The translations under genes and the position numbers were made by a program. A stretch of 64,000 bases of DNA. It comes from Flavobacteriales bacterium (lineage in GTDB: Bacteria > Bacteroidota > Bacteroidia > Flavobacteriales_D > Sanyastnellaceae). The notes under the pieces are model-generated. The model worked only from the letters and a program-made list of their open reading frames with translations. It did not search any database and had not been told where the DNA came from. Location of the stretch: assembly GCA_029242765.1 (NCBI GenBank), contig JAQWTJ010000004.1:72-64071 (forward strand), written 5' to 3'. Shown here piece by piece: positions 10,293 to 18,515 of the stretch. Every line of letters starts with the position of its first letter. Position 1 is the first letter of the stretch.

Positions 10293-11182
10293 GACGCTTC
10301 AGTCCAATCCCGCCTTTGTTCATCCCAGCGATCTTCATCGCGTTCGCTTTGCCCATTTCGTTCAGCGCCCAAGGCGTGAGCTCTTCTTCGGACGAACCGC
10401 TCTGCATTTCGACCCTGCGCACCACCCACGGCCTAATCATGGCCACCCCTTCTGCTGAGCGCACCGCCCCACTGCTTGCCGTGGGTGAGCAACTCCGGAC
10501 CTGCATCGACGAGCTCGGCGCATTCTCGCCGGCACTGGGCGAACTCGGCTTCATGGGCGCGGTGACTTCCGACGATAGGAAACTCCGCGTTTGGACCTGG
10601 AATGCGCCCCAAGACGACCGAACCTGCCTGTACGCCGGACTGATAGCACACCAGGACCTTGAGCCGGCCGGACTTCTAGACTTGGCCGTGGCCAGCAGCA
10701 GCCTCGCGCCGGAGACTCAAGCCACCTATGGCGCTGAAAATTGGCCCGGCGCATTGTATTACGACATTTTGCCTGTCAAGGAAAAATCCGGTGCCTACCT
10801 CCTGCTCGGCTGGGATGCCGGCGACGGTGCTGTCACCCGAAAACTTGTCGAACCGCTCACCGTCGGTGACCAGGGAAGAGCACGCTTTGGAGCGCCCCTT
10901 TTTGATGGATTCCAGCAGCGCTTCATGCTCGAGTTCAACGACCAAGTGCAAGTCACCCTTCGACACGAACCTCGAAAAAAGCGCCAACCGGAACGGATCG
11001 TTTTTGACCACCTCGCCCCGCGAGCTGACCACCTCGAAGGGGTCGCCGCTTTTTACGGCCCCGACCTCAGCTTTGATGCTTGGGTTCGCCACGGCAAGGG
11101 CTGGACTTTCAAACGCGACGTAACGGTTACACAAAACATCCCGGACGGCCGCCGTTTCATTGACCCGCGCCAAGCCCCTTGA
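10289..11182 (+). CDS. hypothetical secreted protein
   Basis: The GTG start overlaps the ferredoxin TGA. Signal-like N-terminus [22 protein letters not shown]. No recognised motif. Confidence 0.5.
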   Translation: MRRFSPIPPLFIPAIFIAFALPISFSAQGVSSSSDEPLCISTLRTTHGLIMATPSAERTAPLLAVGEQLRTCIDELGAFSPALGELGFMGAVTSDDRKLRVWTWNAPQDDRTCLYAGLIAHQDLEPAGLLDLAVASSSLAPETQATYGAENWPGALYYDILPVKEKSGAYLLLGWDAGDGAVTRKLVEPLTVGDQGRARFGAPLFDGFQQRFMLEFNDQVQVTLRHEPRKKRQPERIVFDHLAPRADHLEGVAAFYGPDLSFDAWVRHGKGWTFKRDVTVTQNIPDGRRFIDPRQAP

Positions 11183-11198
11183 CGTATATTTATAAGCC

Positions 11199-11999
11199 AT
11201 GACCGCATCTGCTTCAAACATTCGCCCGCTGCTCAGCAGTCTGGCATTGACCGTTACGGCCCTCCTCTTTAGCGGGGATTGGACGTCAATTTCAGCCCAA
11301 AGCATGACAGAAATGGAGGCCCTCGAGGTGCTCTATGGAGACCGCGGACAAGCAGCGGACAGCTATAACTTTTCGGGCGTTATGACCTACGACATGGTCA
11401 TTCGCAGTACCGCAAGTGACACGGCCACTGCAGGCCTTTTGCGTGTGCTTTACAACCCTGGAGACAGCGCATTTGCCATTGACTTTTCCGCGGCCGGATT
11501 GCGTTCCATTACACTTTGTGACGTGGCCCAGCACGTTGTGGTAATGCTCAGCAGCGTTGAAGAACTGCGATTGGGCCAATACATGGACTTCCCCTCCTCC
11601 CCTTCGGATTCAGCCAAGTTTCGTCGTGTTAGCGGTGACCATGAGATTGCCGGCTGCATGAACAACCACTTCTTTTTAGAAGAAGACCCCTATATCATTG
11701 AACTTTGGTCGTGCAGTGAAGCGAACGAAGACCACGTGCGTATGGGACGGCTCTGGCCGCAGTTCATGCGGTCCATGCAAAGAATGGCGACCGGCAACCA
11801 CTGGGGACTACCCATGAGATGGACTTCAACGGACACTAGAAATGGCACCGAGCCCCAGATTGAACTTGAACTCATTTCCATTGCTCCCTTGAAAGATGCG
11901 GAGACCGTCATCTTAGCTGACTACATCTTCCAAGTCAGCCCACGCGACGAAATGATTCAGCGGATAGAGCGGGAACGCACGCAGAAAGCGGGCGAGTAA
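11199..11999 (+). CDS. hypothetical secreted protein
   Basis: Signal peptide (LLSSLALTVTALLFSGDWTSISAQS). The gene is 266 aa, lies 16 bp after the previous gene and is on the same strand. Confidence 0.5.
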   Translation: MTASASNIRPLLSSLALTVTALLFSGDWTSISAQSMTEMEALEVLYGDRGQAADSYNFSGVMTYDMVIRSTASDTATAGLLRVLYNPGDSAFAIDFSAAGLRSITLCDVAQHVVVMLSSVEELRLGQYMDFPSSPSDSAKFRRVSGDHEIAGCMNNHFFLEEDPYIIELWSCSEANEDHVRMGRLWPQFMRSMQRMATGNHWGLPMRWTSTDTRNGTEPQIELELISIAPLKDAETVILADYIFQVSPRDEMIQRIERERTQKAGE

Positions 12000-12037
12000 C
12001 CCTACCTGTAGAGAGTCCCCTGCTCGTTATAGAAACG

Positions 12038-12613
12038 TCAATCCTGCTTGAAATAGACCTGTGTCGCACCGTTTCCGTAGGTGTATGGGTCAGCTGATTC
12101 ACACACGCATTGAGGCCAATGCTGCTCAATCTCATCTAGAATGGCCTCACGCAATCGGCCGCTGCCCACGCCGTGAATGAATACAAGGCGACGCAACCGA
12201 TGCTTGACGGCTCGGTCCATTTCTTGATTGAACGTCTCCAACTGCAACTCAAACTTGTCATGATCCGAAAGTCGCTGCAGATTTTCAGTCAATGTCTCGA
12301 TATGCAAGTCAATGGCGTGGGCGTCCTGCCTCTGTCGAAGGGACGAAGAGCCCGGCCCTGAACGAGCGTCAGCTGCCTTTTCAGCAGCAATCGCGCCGGC
12401 AATATCGGTCGATCCGTACGCGATGTGCTCTTGACGTGAATTTGGTGCAAGCAAACACTTGCAGGCTTCATACTCCATCGGAAACCCCTCGGCGTTCTCC
12501 ACCGTCAGAACAGTCTTTGAACCTGCACCACGAACCGAAATCACAACGCCTCCGCCCTGATCGTGCAAAAAGCGTACGCAATCCCCCACCTGTATTTGAC
12601 GACTTGATGGCAT
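12038..12613 (-). CDS. Smr (MutS2 C-terminal-like) domain protein
   Basis: AIDLHIETL...LRRLVFIHGVGSGRLREAILDEI matches the Smr domain core. Confidence 0.7.
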   Translation of the reverse strand: MPSSRQIQVGDCVRFLHDQGGGVVISVRGAGSKTVLTVENAEGFPMEYEACKCLLAPNSRQEHIAYGSTDIAGAIAAEKAADARSGPGSSSLRQRQDAHAIDLHIETLTENLQRLSDHDKFELQLETFNQEMDRAVKHRLRRLVFIHGVGSGRLREAILDEIEQHWPQCVCESADPYTYGNGATQVYFKQD

Positions 12614-12654
12614 GGGGCTAAGCTACGCAGAAGAAGCACGGGAGTCAAGGAAAG

Positions 12655-12684
12655 AAAAACCCCGGAATCACAATGAAACCGGGG
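12655..12684 (-). terminator. rho-independent terminator downstream of tRNA-Arg
   Basis: On the minus strand, a CCCCGG / CCGGGG stem (12660-12665 pairing with 12679-12684) with a 13-nt loop is followed by TTTTT (12655-12659). Confidence 0.45.
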
Positions 12685-12700
12685 CTTTTAGATCAATCAG

Positions 12701-12774
12701 CGACCCTGGAAGGATTCGAACCCTCAACCTCCTCATCCGTAGTGAGGTGCTCTATCCAGTTGAGCTACAGAGTC
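12701..12774 (-). tRNA. tRNA-Arg (anticodon ACG)
   Basis: The reverse complement folds by hand into a cloverleaf: acceptor GACTCTG/CAGGGTC, D arm GCTC..GAGC, anticodon stem CCTCA/TGAGG with loop CTACGGA, T arm GAGGG-TTCGAAT-CCTTC. It is 74 nt and CCA is not encoded. Confidence 0.9.
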
Positions 12775-12795
12775 GGCTCCCTTGAATTGGGACGG

Positions 12796-12803
12796 CAAAT
12801 GTA
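12796..12803 (-). promoter_or_regulatory. candidate Bacteroidota -7 promoter box (TAnnTTTG) for tRNA-Arg
   Basis: The minus strand reads TACATTTG about 22 nt upstream of the mature tRNA 5' end. No clean -33 TTTG was found. Confidence 0.3.
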
Positions 12804-12912
12804 GCTAAGATTTTAACCTCTCGACACACTGGAACAAAAAACAATCCGGGGCGGCCAATGGCGCGAAAAACGCACGGCATTAAGATGAGCCCTTGCGGAC
12901 TATCTTGTGGCG

Positions 12913-15537
12913 ATGAATTGGCCCTGCAACGTCCAGAAATCAGCACGCTGCTCTCTTGTTTTTCTGCTGTTGATTGCGGCCTACTCAACCGCGGCACAAT
13001 CTCATTTGGGCCAATCCCGTAACGCGATTGCAAATGCAGATCTTTCCGGCAAACAAAGAGTTGAAGCCCTTGAGAGCTTCAGCTCGGAAATGATCTCCCA
13101 CGACCCACAAGCTGTGATCGACCTCTCGGAAGAGCTGCTCACAAATGGTCTCCTCCAGCAACACCTCAATTGCAGAACGCGGATAGTCAAAGCCGGCGCA
13201 CTCCGGCGAACTGGACAGGCCACTTTGGCCCTCGAAGAGCTCAAACTTGCTAGAAGCGATGCCGGGCAAGACGACTTGCTCAACTCGCGTATTGCCAATG
13301 CCGAAGGACTGGCCTACAAAACACTGCGAGATTACCCAGGCGCCCTAATCGCTCTCAGTGAAGCTCAAGCCCTTGCCCACAGGGCCGGGAGTGTGGAGGA
13401 CGAAGTCCGAGCCCAACTAAATCTAGGCGTTATCAACCGGACCCTCAAGCGCTACGGCCAGGCCCGCGACCATTACAAATTTGTATTGGCCAACTCCACA
13501 GACTCAATGCAGATTGCCAGGGTGCAAGGCAACGTGGCCAAGCTTTACCTGGACGAACTCTTCCCCGATTCGGCGTATGTCCTTTACCAGCGCAGCTTGT
13601 CCGTGTTCCAGTCTCATGGGAAGCAGAACAACGCTTTAATCACTGAGCTGAACATGGGCATTGCGTTGTTTGAGATGGGTGATTTGGAGACGGCTCGGAC
13701 TCAATTCGCGGCCGTTCTTCAGCGGGTAACCAAAGTCCGTAGGCGCACGACTTGTTTGAAATATTTGGGTCAATGCGACTATGAGCTGGGCAATTACCAG
13801 GCCGCGCTGAATTGGTTGGAACAGGCCTTGGCTTTGGATAAAAAAGAGGGAGGCGGGCGCCGTGGCGCTGTGCTGGGTGCTTACGCTGGGCAATCATTGG
13901 TGCGGCTGGGTCGAATTGAGGAAGCCATTCAGGTTTGCAATGAGGGCCTGGCTGCTGCAAATAATTCGGAGGGCTTGGACGGCACCATCGGGCGCATTGA
14001 TTGCTCAGACTGCTTGAGCCAAGCACATGCAGCAATGGGGCACCTCTCCACCGCTTTCGATTACTTGAATACCAAGATTCAAGAGGAGGCCATCCGAGAC
14101 TCCATTGAAGCCGCATTGGAGCGGGACTTGAGTTTGGCCGTTTACGACTTCGACATCCATCAAAGCAATGTGATGCGCTTGAACGAACAAGCGCAGGCAA
14201 AATCACGCTCACTCCTGCTGGGCATCATCATCGCATTGCTCATCATTTTCGGGGTGTTTATTACGACGCGCTACCGATTCACGCGTCGCCAAAGCGCTTT
14301 GATTTCAAGGCAAAGACTCCAATTGCAGCAACGCCAAAGTGATTTAATTCGCACCAATGCAGACCTAGAAATTGCGTTGAACCACAAGGCGGTGTTCCTG
14401 TCCAATATGAGCCACGAGATTCGCACACCCCTAAATGCGATTGTAGGGATGAGCAACTTGGCAGGCAAGGAAGATGTGCCGGTCAAGGCCAAGTCGTATT
14501 TGCGCAACATCATCACCGCCTCGAGCAATTTAATCGACATCGTCAACGACATTCTTGACTTCTCAAAACTCGAAGCCGGCAAGCTCGAAGTGGCTTCCGA
14601 GCCATTCAATGTGGCGGACTCCTTTGAAGTGGCGGAAAACGTAATGCGCATTCCGGCCGAACAGAAGGGCTTGGAGCTTGTGGTCGAAGCCGATGCATCC
14701 ATCCCCTCGCATTTACTTGGGGATGCCAGCCGCCTGAATCAGGTGTTGATTAATTTACTGGGCAATGCCGTCAAATTCACCCTTGAGGGCCGGGTGACTG
14801 TGCGAGCGCGGTTAAGCGCTGCTCCTGCCCTGCCGAGTTGGTCTGAGCCACTGGATGAAGATGTGGCTCAGTGGTTTGTCGTGGAAGTTTCAGACACGGG
14901 GATCGGAATTCCGGAAGACAAGCAGGAACAGGTGTTTGAGTCCTTCAACCAAGGCGACCAGCTGAAGACGCGCAAGTTTGGAGGCACTGGACTGGGCTTG
15001 AGCATTAGCAGGCAAATCATCGAGCTGCAAAACGGACGCATTTGGGTCGAAAGCACCGAGGGGGAAGGGTCGACATTTTGCTTTGCACTGCCGGGCATTG
15101 AACCTGAATTAACTGAAGTCATTGCAGAAGATGCTGGGCAGAAAGAAACCATCGGCGCATTGAGAATTCTGATTGCAGAAGACAACCCCTTCAACATCAT
15201 TGTGACCGAAGACACGCTCCGCTCGGAACTGCCCGATGTGACCATTGGCAAGGCCGAGAATGGTCGACTTGCTGTTGAAGCCGTGGAGCAAGGTGATTTT
15301 GATTTGGTGCTAATGGACATCCATATGCCGGAGTTGAGCGGCATTGAAGCCACGCAGACCATCCGGCAAATGAACGATGAGAAAAAGTCAAAGGTTCTAA
15401 TCATCGCTATGACAGCCAGCGTTTTGCGCGAGGAGACCGACAATTACATCCGCAACGGCATGGACGGGTTTGTACCCAAGCCTTTCAAAATTGAACAACT
15501 CATGGGTGAGATTCGCCGCTTGACAAGCAAGACATGA
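12913..15537 (+). CDS. hybrid sensor histidine kinase / response regulator with TPR-type sensor region
   Basis: The product has a signal/TM, TPR-like repeats and a TM helix (LLLGIIIALLIIFGVFITT). It also has the H-box SHEIRTPLNAI, G-boxes (DTGIGI, GGTGLGLSI) and a receiver domain (ILIAEDNPFN...LVLMDIHMPELSG...KPF). Confidence 0.85.
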   Translation: MNWPCNVQKSARCSLVFLLLIAAYSTAAQSHLGQSRNAIANADLSGKQRVEALESFSSEMISHDPQAVIDLSEELLTNGLLQQHLNCRTRIVKAGALRRTGQATLALEELKLARSDAGQDDLLNSRIANAEGLAYKTLRDYPGALIALSEAQALAHRAGSVEDEVRAQLNLGVINRTLKRYGQARDHYKFVLANSTDSMQIARVQGNVAKLYLDELFPDSAYVLYQRSLSVFQSHGKQNNALITELNMGIALFEMGDLETARTQFAAVLQRVTKVRRRTTCLKYLGQCDYELGNYQAALNWLEQALALDKKEGGGRRGAVLGAYAGQSLVRLGRIEEAIQVCNEGLAAANNSEGLDGTIGRIDCSDCLSQAHAAMGHLSTAFDYLNTKIQEEAIRDSIEAALERDLSLAVYDFDIHQSNVMRLNEQAQAKSRSLLLGIIIALLIIFGVFITTRYRFTRRQSALISRQRLQLQQRQSDLIRTNADLEIALNHKAVFLSNMSHEIRTPLNAIVGMSNLAGKEDVPVKAKSYLRNIITASSNLIDIVNDILDFSKLEAGKLEVASEPFNVADSFEVAENVMRIPAEQKGLELVVEADASIPSHLLGDASRLNQVLINLLGNAVKFTLEGRVTVRARLSAAPALPSWSEPLDEDVAQWFVVEVSDTGIGIPEDKQEQVFESFNQGDQLKTRKFGGTGLGLSISRQIIELQNGRIWVESTEGEGSTFCFALPGIEPELTEVIAEDAGQKETIGALRILIAEDNPFNIIVTEDTLRSELPDVTIGKAENGRLAVEAVEQGDFDLVLMDIHMPELSGIEATQTIRQMNDEKKSKVLIIAMTASVLREETDNYIRNGMDGFVPKPFKIEQLMGEIRRLTSKT

Positions 15538-15561
15538 TGGTGTTGGCCTATTTTAGGCGTT

Positions 15562-15885
15562 ATGGAAATCATCGACCGCCTGTCCGCTGGAGACCCAGAA
15601 AAGAGGTGCTACTACATCAATCTCTTCCTCGAAGTGCTCGAGCCGGAATTGAAACGTATGCAGGCAGACGACATTTTAACGGGTGCTAACCAGGAGCTTT
15701 TGCGGCAAATCTTGCACAAACTCAAGAGCCAAGTGCAAACCATCGGCGAGCACGAAACGCACCAATCTATGAACGCTTTAGAACTGAAAATTTCTAAGGG
15801 ACAACGCGCCGAAGCGTATGATTTATCCCCAATCATTGAACAACTCACAGTCCTCATCAGAAACCTACAACAACAACTCGAATGA
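15562..15885 (+). CDS. Hpt (histidine phosphotransfer) domain protein
   Basis: The 107-aa helical protein carries LHKLKSQVQTIG, which resembles the Hpt HxLKG motif. It sits between the hybrid kinase and a receiver gene. Confidence 0.55.
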   Translation: MEIIDRLSAGDPEKRCYYINLFLEVLEPELKRMQADDILTGANQELLRQILHKLKSQVQTIGEHETHQSMNALELKISKGQRAEAYDLSPIIEQLTVLIRNLQQQLE

Positions 15886-16361
15886 GTAAAAATCTAAAAA
15901 TTGCCCTTGTCGACGATGACAAGCCAAATATGGAAGTCCTGCACGACTTCTTAGTTCGCAGCGGGTACCATCATATTGAGAAGTACTACAACGGAGAAGA
16001 TTTCTTGAAAAGCCTGCATTTGCATGACGACCGTGCCGTAGTTCTCGATTACCACCTGAGCGAGTCGGGCGGTATGAACGGACTGGAGGTGTTAGAAAAA
16101 ATCAAGCACGCCAGCCCCAACACACACGTGATCTTTTACTCGGGACAGGACAGCTTGGACATCGCTGTGGAGTCACTAAAGTGCGGCGCTGATGACTACA
16201 TCGTCAAATCAGCAGCCGGTGTGGTGCTCTTGAAAACGGCCATGGACAAAGTCTACCAAATCCAAGTGCTCAAGTCAAAAGAAAAGCGCAGCCAAATATT
16301 GAGCTGGGCTTTTGTCGCTTTGTGGATTTTGACCATCCTAGCATTCACAATTTTCAGGTGA
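15882..16361 (+). CDS. single-domain response regulator with C-terminal TM helix
   Basis: ATGA overlap with the Hpt gene. Receiver motifs are IALVDDDK, VVLDYHL, IFYSGQD and DDYIVKS. The C-terminal hydrophobic stretch is ILSWAFVALWILTILAFTIF. Confidence 0.8.
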   Translation: MSKNLKIALVDDDKPNMEVLHDFLVRSGYHHIEKYYNGEDFLKSLHLHDDRAVVLDYHLSESGGMNGLEVLEKIKHASPNTHVIFYSGQDSLDIAVESLKCGADDYIVKSAAGVVLLKTAMDKVYQIQVLKSKEKRSQILSWAFVALWILTILAFTIFR

Positions 16362-16399
16362 ACACTGGTGAGCTCCTGAACTAAAGGAGGAGGAAATCT

Positions 16400-17356
16400 T
16401 CAGACTTTAAGTGAGCTGATTTTAGGCGGCGGCATCAGCCACGTCAGGACCAATGCATGATCGAGTGTGCGAAAGGTCTCGCGTCCCAATTTGATGGCGT
16501 CATAGCCCAAGCGATACGTGAGCTCGACGCCGGAACCGTTAGGCACATAAGCTTCGGCGCCAACGCGGATGTACGCCCCAAACCCCGTTCCGGTCAGCGC
16601 ACCTGTCGCCGGGCCCGTTTGGCCCGCATTGTATGAGGTAATCAGCGCAAACTCCTCTGTACGCCCCCCGCCTTCGATGACGACATAGTGATCGGTAATA
16701 CGTGTGGAGACCATGTTCACACCCAAGCCGATCACATAACTCGCACTCTTATCAATCGGAGAAGCCGTACGGTAGCCCAAGTGCACCATAAAGCGCTCCT
16801 CCTCACCGAAGATGCCGAAGTCGCGGCGGTCCTCCGTGCCCTGCCCTTGATCTGGCAAAAGATTGGTGACCAGCTGCCAAGCAGCACGAGAACGCAATCT
16901 TACAAAGTCGGCGTCAAAGACGATGGAGTTTTCCAAATTGAATCGCTGCAAAACACGCACACCCATAAGCACAACCGGGTCGTACCTAGCCGCCGTGGGG
17001 TAACCGTCTGCCGGGATGTAGAAATCGGTGACGTTCAGAAGATCGAGAACGCTCGAGCGCGTCGGAGAATTCGCACCGCCGAGGTTGAGACGGTCTTCAA
17101 TGCTGTAAAGGTTTGCACTACCATCTCCGAGCTCATACGTTCCCAGGCCGTTGTAAAATGCCGTTGATGCAGCGCCCCCAAGTACAGCCCCTAAACGCAT
17201 TCCGAACTGCAGTTTGCGGGGGCGTTCAAATTCGCCCTCAAGGTCCTTGTCCGTGTACGGGTCGTAATTGTACACTTGGGCCATCGTTTGCTTGGTGGTC
17301 ACAGCTGTGATCCCTACAAACATGAAGACTGATAAGAATTTCAGCGATCGCTTCAT
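16400..17356 (-). CDS. hypothetical outer-membrane beta-barrel-like protein
   Basis: Signal peptide MKRSLKFLSVFMFVGITAVTTKQTMAQ. The body shows an alternating beta pattern rich in G/Y/aromatic residues and ends LTWLMPPPKISSLKV. Confidence 0.5.
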   Translation of the reverse strand: MKRSLKFLSVFMFVGITAVTTKQTMAQVYNYDPYTDKDLEGEFERPRKLQFGMRLGAVLGGAASTAFYNGLGTYELGDGSANLYSIEDRLNLGGANSPTRSSVLDLLNVTDFYIPADGYPTAARYDPVVLMGVRVLQRFNLENSIVFDADFVRLRSRAAWQLVTNLLPDQGQGTEDRRDFGIFGEEERFMVHLGYRTASPIDKSASYVIGLGVNMVSTRITDHYVVIEGGGRTEEFALITSYNAGQTGPATGALTGTGFGAYIRVGAEAYVPNGSGVELTYRLGYDAIKLGRETFRTLDHALVLTWLMPPPKISSLKV

Positions 17357-17707
17357 GGCGTGAATTTACTGCTCTATTTTCAAGCTCCGCCTAAAATACA
17401 TAGGCGAGGTTACGCATCGAAAGCGGCAACTTGACTGGCAACCGCTTGATCAGCGATCACGTGCACGGATCAGTTCAAGTGAACATCGCCTAGAGGCGCA
17501 CGTGCAGAGCCGTATAGGTAGCCGAGCACAGCGCGTACAGCGCTAGCATCAGGCCGGTGTAAAGTAAGGTCTAGCACCTCGGAAAGTTCAGAGAAAATTT
17601 GTTCGCCCTGGGGGCGTGGGGTAGCATCATCCATGCAGATCTACAATTGGTACGCTTCCCGAACGCAACCTGTTTGTACATATTGCGCGGAACATTTTCG
17701 GAGCGTA

Positions 17708-18319
17708 TCAATACACGGTGAGTGAAACTCCGCGCTCCTCCATAATCTTTCGCAAGTTGATCAACGCGTAGCGCATGCGGCCCAAAGCCGTGTTAATGCT
17801 AACATCTGTTTCTTCTGCTATATCCTTAAAGCTCATCTCACGGTGGATACGCATATGCACCACTTGGCGCTGGTCCTCCGGAAGAAAGTCAAGCAACTCG
17901 GCCACATCACCAAGGATGCGCGTCTGGATGATTTCATCCTCAACTGAAATTTCTCCATTGTCAATTCGAGCAAATACGTCGTACTCGTCGTTACTGCGAA
18001 CCATCTGCATGCGTTTGGCACGCCTAAAGTGGTCGATTGAGGCGTTGTGAGCAATCCGCAAAACCCAAGGCAAGAACTTGCCTTCCTCATTGTAACGGCC
18101 GCCACGCAAGGTTTGAACCACCTTGATAAACACGTCTTGAAACAAATCATTGGCCAAATCGCGGTCGCGCACCAAGAGGTAAATCTTCGTGTAAATTCGA
18201 TCGCGGTGGCGGTTGAAGAGCTGCTCAAAAGCAGCGTCGTTGCCTTCAAGGAATTGAGAAATCAGGATTTGGTCAGAAACGGAGGGGGCGCTAGTGCGCG
18301 GGCGAATTTGCTTGTTCAT
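17708..18319 (-). CDS. RNA polymerase sigma-70 family (ECF-type) sigma factor
   Basis: Region 2 (RDLANDLFQDVFIKV, WVLRIAHNASIDHFRR) and region 4 (QRQVVHMRIHREMSFKDIAEETDVSINTALGRMRYAL). Confidence 0.85.
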   Translation of the reverse strand: MNKQIRPRTSAPSVSDQILISQFLEGNDAAFEQLFNRHRDRIYTKIYLLVRDRDLANDLFQDVFIKVVQTLRGGRYNEEGKFLPWVLRIAHNASIDHFRRAKRMQMVRSNDEYDVFARIDNGEISVEDEIIQTRILGDVAELLDFLPEDQRQVVHMRIHREMSFKDIAEETDVSINTALGRMRYALINLRKIMEERGVSLTVY

Positions 18320-18515
18320 CACTACTCAGATTGTGCAAGTTGTGAGGACCCAAAGGGTCTTCAGACGTTGCGGAAAAAATCAATTAGAGTAGTGTGTATC
18401 TATCGCGGTGCGTTTTGCTTGACGTGATGAAGATAAGGAAAAGTTCTCGTTTGCCACGCATCTGTCCGTGCCAATTGCTGTTAATGGGCTGAGATTCCCG
18501 ACCTTTCTGCTCCTT

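Noticed and set aside
12752-13033. 93-aa minus-strand ORF spanning the tRNA-Arg 5' end and the start of the hybrid kinase gene.
   Set aside because: It overlaps a confident tRNA and the kinase start region, with no supporting motif.
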